Origin: Tabrizicola sp.
Lineage (GTDB): Bacteria; Pseudomonadota; Alphaproteobacteria; Rhodobacterales; Rhodobacteraceae
Length of the DNA: 64,000 bases
Reading direction: 5' to 3'
Assembly: GCF_041913445.1 (NCBI RefSeq)
Contig: NZ_JAYSFG010000002.1
Coordinates: 227,061-291,060 of the forward strand
Below the pieces are notes generated by a model. That model had not been told where the DNA came from, did not search any database, and worked only from the letters and a program-made list of their open reading frames with translations. The position numbers and the translations under genes are program-made. How positions within the stretch are numbered: position 1 is the first letter of the stretch; every line of letters starts with the position of its first letter. Below are positions 59,479 to 64,000 of the stretch, piece by piece.

Positions 59479-60558
59479 ATGGTGAATTCGATTGAAGTCA
59501 AGGACCTGACGCTGAACTTCGGCTCGGTCTCGGTCCTGAAGAACATGAACCTCGACGTGGCGGAGGGGGAGTTCGTCGTGCTCCTCGGGCCGTCGGGTTG
59601 CGGGAAGTCGACGCTTCTGAACTGTCTGGCGGGCTTGTTGGACATCACCGACGGGCAGATCTGGATCAAGGGGAAGAACGTCACCTGGTCCGAGCCGTCG
59701 GAGCGTGGCATCGGCATGGTGTTCCAGAGCTATGCCTTGTATCCGCAGATGACGGTGCGGGGGAACCTGTCCTTCGGGCTGAAGAACGCCAAGGTCCCGC
59801 AGGCCGAGATCGACAAGCGCATCGCCCGGGCGGCGGAGATCCTGCAGATCCAGCCCTTGCTGGACCGCAAGCCGGCGGCCCTGTCGGGCGGTCAGCGGCA
59901 GCGGGTGGCGATCGGCCGCGCGCTGGTGCGGGATGTGGACGTGTTCCTCTTCGACGAGCCCTTGTCGAACCTGGACGCCAAGCTGCGGTCCGAGCTGCGG
60001 GTGGAGATCAAGCGCCTGCACAACCAGCTGGGCAACACGATGGTCTACGTGACCCATGACCAGATCGAGGCGCTGACGCTCGCCGACCGCATCGCGGTGA
60101 TGAAGGGCGGGGTGATCCAGCAGCTCGCCGCGCCCCTGGAGATCTACAACCGCCCGTCGAACCTGTTCGTGGCGGGGTTCCTGGGCAGCCCGTCGATGAA
60201 CTTCCTGAAGGGCCGGACGGTGGATGGCGGGAAAGCCTTCCAGTTCGGGTCCACGAAGATCGACCTGGCCGGTTACGAGGGCGGGGCGGTGCTGGAACGG
60301 GACGATGCAATCCTGGGCGTCCGGCCGGAGCATATCACCGTGTCCACGACGCCGGTGTCCGGGCCCTCGATTCCCGCGGAGGTCGAGATCGACGAACACC
60401 TGGGCGCCGACAGCCTTCTGTGGCTGAAGGCGGAAGGGGCGAACATGAGCGTGCGGGTGCCCGTCGAAGGGCGGCTCCCGGCGGGGACGAAGGTGCATCT
60501 GGGGCTCGATATCCCCAAGGCCTCGCTCTTCGACGCGAAGACGGAACAAAGGATCTGA
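59479..60558 (+). CDS. Sugar ABC ATPase (MalK-type)
   Basis: GPSGCGKS, LSGGQRQR, LFDEPLSNLD, YVTHDQ. Confidence 0.95.
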   Translation: MVNSIEVKDLTLNFGSVSVLKNMNLDVAEGEFVVLLGPSGCGKSTLLNCLAGLLDITDGQIWIKGKNVTWSEPSERGIGMVFQSYALYPQMTVRGNLSFGLKNAKVPQAEIDKRIARAAEILQIQPLLDRKPAALSGGQRQRVAIGRALVRDVDVFLFDEPLSNLDAKLRSELRVEIKRLHNQLGNTMVYVTHDQIEALTLADRIAVMKGGVIQQLAAPLEIYNRPSNLFVAGFLGSPSMNFLKGRTVDGGKAFQFGSTKIDLAGYEGGAVLERDDAILGVRPEHITVSTTPVSGPSIPAEVEIDEHLGADSLLWLKAEGANMSVRVPVEGRLPAGTKVHLGLDIPKASLFDAKTEQRI

Positions 60559-60561
60559 ACC

Positions 60562-62934
60562 ATGCTCGATCTGGCGGGGTGCTGGACGCTTTCGGATGAA
60601 AGCGGCGCCCATGTCGTGCCCTTCGACCTGCCGGGGGATGGCGTCTCGGCGCTGGTCAAGGCGGGGGTGATCCCGGAGCCCTACTGGGGCCGGAACGAGT
60701 ATGAGTGCCGCTGGGTCTCCGAGCGCGACTGGGTGGCGCGGCGGGTCTTTGTTCACGACGGTAAGGCCTCGGAGCTGGTGGTCGAGGGGCTGGATACCGT
60801 AGCCGAGGTGCGGCTGAACGGGGTCACGGTCCTGTCGGCGGCCAACGTGCACCGGCGGTGGCGGGTGGATGTGTCTTCCGCGCTCAAGGCGGGGGAGAAT
60901 GCGGTGGAGATCCTGTTCAGGTCGCCGGTGCGGGAGGCGCTGGCCCGGGCGGCGCGGATGCCGTTTCCGATCCCCTACCAGCAGGTGAACGGGGCGATTG
61001 CCTTCAACAACATGCTACGGAAACAGCAGTGCGATTTCGGCTGGGACTGGAACATCGCGCTGGGGATCTTCGGGGTGTCTGGCTGTGTCCGGCTGGAACC
61101 CGTGGGGCCGAGGATCGGGGATGTGCTGGTGGATCAGGTGCACTCCGCCGGGCAGGCCGAGGTGCGGCTGCGGGTTCATGCGACGTCTGAGGATGTGACA
61201 GCAAGTCTTTGTGGTGTCACGAAAACTGCGCCTGTCGTGGGGGGCGTGGCGGAGCTGTCTCTGGTCATCCGCAACCCGGTGCTGTGGTGGCCCGCAGGTC
61301 AGGGCGCGCAGGTCTTGCATGACCTGGAGCTGACGGGCGGCGGGGCGCGGGTGGTGAAGCGGATCGGGCTTCGGGACATGAAGCTTGTGTCCGAGCCGGA
61401 TGCGGCGGGGCGGTCCTTTGGCGTGCGGGTCAACGGCCGGGCGGTCTTTGCCAAGGGGGCGAACTGGATCCCGGCGGATGCGCTGTTCGGGCGGATTACG
61501 GTCGAAGGCGTGCGGGGGCTTCTGCAATCGGCGGTCGACGCCAACATGAACATGATCCGCATCTGGGGCGGCGGGCGGTATGAGCCGGACTGGTTCTACG
61601 ACCTGTGTGATGAGCTGGGGCTGATGGTCTGGCAGGACTTCATGTTCGCCTGCCACCTGTACCCTTCGACGCCGGAGTTCCTGGCGGAAGTGGATGGCGA
61701 GGTGCGCGATGTGGTGGGCCGGATCAGCCACCACGCCTGCATCGCGCTTTGGTGTGGCGACAACGAGCTGATCGGGGCGCTCACCTGGTTTCCGGAAAGC
61801 CGCAAGGACCGCGACCGCTATCTGGTGAACTATGACCGGCTGAACCGGACGGTGGAGGCGGCGCTCTTGTCGGTGCTGCCGGGAGCGAACTGGTGGCCGT
61901 CGTCTCCGTCGCCGGGACCGCTGGCGTTCGGGGATGCCTGGCACGATGACTCTTCTGGCGACATGCATTTCTGGTCGGTGTGGCATGAGGGCAAGGACTT
62001 CGACCACTATCGGGACGTAAGCCCCCGGTTCTGTTCGGAGTTCGGCTTCCAGTCCTATCCGTCCCTCTCCGCAATCCGGCGCTTTGCCGACGAGGCCGAC
62101 TGGAACATCGCCGCCCCGGTGATGGAGAGCCACCAGAAGAACCCCGGCGGCAACGCTCGGATCGCCGAGACGATGTTCCGCTACTTCCGCTTCCCGGTCG
62201 ACTTCCCGAATTTCGTTTATGTGAGCCAGGTCCAGCAGGCCTTGGCGATCAAGACGGCGGTCACGCATTGGCGGAGCCTGAAGCCGCATTGCCAGGGGAC
62301 GCTGTATTGGCAGCTAAACGACACCTGGCCGGTGTGCAGCTGGGCGAGCCTGGACCACGGCGGGAACTGGAAGCTGCTGCATCACATGGCGGCGCGGTTC
62401 TATGCGCCGGTGATGGTGACGGCGGTGCCGAAGGACGGGGGCATCGAGCTTCGCGCAGTGAATGACCGGGCGGAGGCGGTGACGATCACGGTCACGGCCA
62501 ATGCGGCGACGATGGATGGGTCGACGCGGGAACTGGGCAAGGCGACGGTCACGGTGTCCCCGGATGCGGCTTCGCCGGTGCTGACGGTGGCTGCCGATGC
62601 CCTGCGGGCGGATGAGGTTCTGGCCTTCATCTGGTCGGGCGATGCGCAGGGTGGCGACGTCCATGCGCCGAAGCCGTGGAAGGCCTACGACCTGCAGCCC
62701 TCGGGCCTGACGGCGGACATCAAGCGCGACGGTGCGGTGTGGAAATTGACGTTGCAGGTCAAGGCACTCAGCCCCTTTGTTGCGGTGGAATCTGAAGTTC
62801 CGGGCCGCTTCTCGACCAATGCCGTGACCATGTTCCCGGGCTACCCCGCCACGATCACCTTCACCCCCGAGGACCCCTCGGCCACACCCACCTTCACCCT
62901 CAGAGATCTCCATTCCGCCACCTACGGCGGCTGA
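60562..62934 (+). CDS. GH2 beta-mannosidase
   Basis: RKQQCDFGWDW, GANWIP, NMIRIWGGG, WQDFMF, WCGDNE, SEFG, YWQLND. Confidence 0.9.
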   Translation: MLDLAGCWTLSDESGAHVVPFDLPGDGVSALVKAGVIPEPYWGRNEYECRWVSERDWVARRVFVHDGKASELVVEGLDTVAEVRLNGVTVLSAANVHRRWRVDVSSALKAGENAVEILFRSPVREALARAARMPFPIPYQQVNGAIAFNNMLRKQQCDFGWDWNIALGIFGVSGCVRLEPVGPRIGDVLVDQVHSAGQAEVRLRVHATSEDVTASLCGVTKTAPVVGGVAELSLVIRNPVLWWPAGQGAQVLHDLELTGGGARVVKRIGLRDMKLVSEPDAAGRSFGVRVNGRAVFAKGANWIPADALFGRITVEGVRGLLQSAVDANMNMIRIWGGGRYEPDWFYDLCDELGLMVWQDFMFACHLYPSTPEFLAEVDGEVRDVVGRISHHACIALWCGDNELIGALTWFPESRKDRDRYLVNYDRLNRTVEAALLSVLPGANWWPSSPSPGPLAFGDAWHDDSSGDMHFWSVWHEGKDFDHYRDVSPRFCSEFGFQSYPSLSAIRRFADEADWNIAAPVMESHQKNPGGNARIAETMFRYFRFPVDFPNFVYVSQVQQALAIKTAVTHWRSLKPHCQGTLYWQLNDTWPVCSWASLDHGGNWKLLHHMAARFYAPVMVTAVPKDGGIELRAVNDRAEAVTITVTANAATMDGSTRELGKATVTVSPDAASPVLTVAADALRADEVLAFIWSGDAQGGDVHAPKPWKAYDLQPSGLTADIKRDGAVWKLTLQVKALSPFVAVESEVPGRFSTNAVTMFPGYPATITFTPEDPSATPTFTLRDLHSATYGG

Positions 62935-63698
62935 TGAAAGGCAAGACCATGTTCAGCTATCAGCTCTATTCCTCGCGCAACTTCCCGCCCATGTCGCGGA
63001 CCTTCGAGATGGTGTCGAAGGCCGGCTACACGGCGGTGGAAGGCTATGGCGCGCTTTATGCCGATGACGCGGCGGTGGCGGCGACGCGGGAGGGTCTGGC
63101 GGCCACCGGGCTGACGATGCCGACGGGGCACTTCGGCCTCGCGCAGCTGGAGAATGACGTCGAGAAGGTGCTGGGCATCGCCAAGGCGCTGAAGATGGAG
63201 CGGCTCTATTGCCCCTATGTGATGCCCGACGACCGGCCCACGGATGCGGCGGGCTGGAAGGCCTTTGGCGCGCGGCTGCAGAAGGCGGGGGCGCCCTACA
63301 AGGACGCGGGCTACGGCTTCGGCTGGCACAACCATGACTTCGAGTTCAAGGCGCTGTCCGATGGATCCATCCCGCAGGACCGCATCTTCGAGGGCGGGCC
63401 GGGGCTGGAATGGGAGATGGACGTGGCCTGGGTCATCCGCGGCGGCGCGGACCCGCTGGCCTGGATCGAGAAATACAAGGACCGGATCACCGCGGCGCAT
63501 GTGAAGGACATCGCGCCTGCGGGCGAGAACAAGGACGAGGACGGCTGGTCGGATGTGGGCCACGGCACGGTGGACTGGAAGTCCATCATGGCCGCGCTGC
63601 GCAAGATCGGGGTCAAGCACTTCGTCATGGAACACGACAACCCGAAGGACGATGCGCGGTTTGCAACCCGCTCCATCGCTTCGGCCAAAGGCTTCTGA
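62931..63698 (+). CDS. Sugar phosphate isomerase/epimerase (TIM barrel)
   Basis: SYQLYS, WHNHDFEF, EMDVAW, HVKD, VMEHD; ATG overlaps the mannosidase stop or lies at 62949. Confidence 0.85.
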   Translation: MMKGKTMFSYQLYSSRNFPPMSRTFEMVSKAGYTAVEGYGALYADDAAVAATREGLAATGLTMPTGHFGLAQLENDVEKVLGIAKALKMERLYCPYVMPDDRPTDAAGWKAFGARLQKAGAPYKDAGYGFGWHNHDFEFKALSDGSIPQDRIFEGGPGLEWEMDVAWVIRGGADPLAWIEKYKDRITAAHVKDIAPAGENKDEDGWSDVGHGTVDWKSIMAALRKIGVKHFVMEHDNPKDDARFATRSIASAKGF

Positions 63699-63710
63699 GG
63701 AATAGGAAAA

Positions 63711-64000
63711 ATGGCAAATCTTGGTATCGGGATCATCGGGGCGGGCAATATCTCCAGCGCGTATCTGCGCCTGGCGCCCCTGTTCAAGGGGCTGGAGGTC
63801 CGGGCCGTCGCCGACCTGAACATGGAGGCGGCAAAAGCGCGGGCCGAGGAGTTCAACGTCAAGGCGCAGTCGGTCGATGACCTTCTGGCCAACAAGGACG
63901 TGGACGTGGTGATCAACCTCACCATCCCGGACGCGCATTACGCGGTGACGAAGCGCATCCTGGAGGCGGGGAAGCACGCCTATTCGGAAAAGCCGCTGGT
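63711..64000 (+). CDS. Gfo/Idh/MocA oxidoreductase (5' part, truncated by window edge)
   Basis: GIIGAGNIS, NLTIPDAH, GKHAYSEKP; RBS AGGA. Confidence 0.88.
   Translation, partial: MANLGIGIIGAGNISSAYLRLAPLFKGLEVRAVADLNMEAAKARAEEFNVKAQSVDDLLANKDVDVVINLTIPDAHYAVTKRILEAGKHAYSEKPL

Noticed and set aside
939-64000. Many long antisense or alternate-frame ORFs (e.g. 8894..11761, 24836..27475, 36240..38180, 58510..60852)
   Set aside because: Shadow ORFs expected in high-GC DNA opposite well-supported genes; Arg/Pro-rich with no family motifs
1-64000. CRISPR array, rRNA, tRNA, transposase, prophage
   Set aside because: No regularly spaced repeats, no tRNA cloverleaf apart from the tmRNA acceptor piece, no recognisable mobile or phage proteins

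Overview
High-GC alphaproteobacterial chromosome segment; gene content and order point to Rhodobacteraceae (Rhodobacter/Tabrizicola-like). It is mostly core genome. It carries the distal dcw cluster (ftsW-murG-murC-[DUF2484, APC permease, DUF2484, small membrane protein]-murB-ddl-ftsQ-ftsA-ftsZ-lpxC-bamD-recN), purQ/purS/purC, a DctB/DctD-type two-component pair, rne, tusA/ccdA, a lipase-like protein coupled to a cytochrome P450, the ATP synthase zeta inhibitor and split methionine-synthase modules. Further on are fumC, sspB with a two-piece tmRNA (tag ANDNRAPVALAA), a photolyase-cfa-trgAB block behind a sigmaE-type promoter, and a LacI-controlled sugar ABC/GH2 beta-mannosidase/oxidoreductase locus running off the right edge. 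No CRISPR, rRNA, tRNA, transposase or integrase was recognised. Most notable: (i) a spaced tripartite DNA module (GTGGACA-N18/19-IHF-type box-N8-CGTTAGGAAT) repeated next to two accessory-looking gene blocks; (ii) a tandem pair of unknown exported membrane paralogues behind one copy of it; (iii) a PurC in its canonical position that has lost several active-site motifs; (iv) a DctD lacking GAFTGA; (v) the P450/lipase-like cassette; (vi) a possible non-hydrolytic keto-glycoside pathway; (vii) LexA, sigmaE, CtrA-like, PhaR-like and LacI sites read from intergenic DNA; (viii) small ORFs missing from the ORF track. All family assignments come from motif recognition and recalled knowledge, not from database searches.
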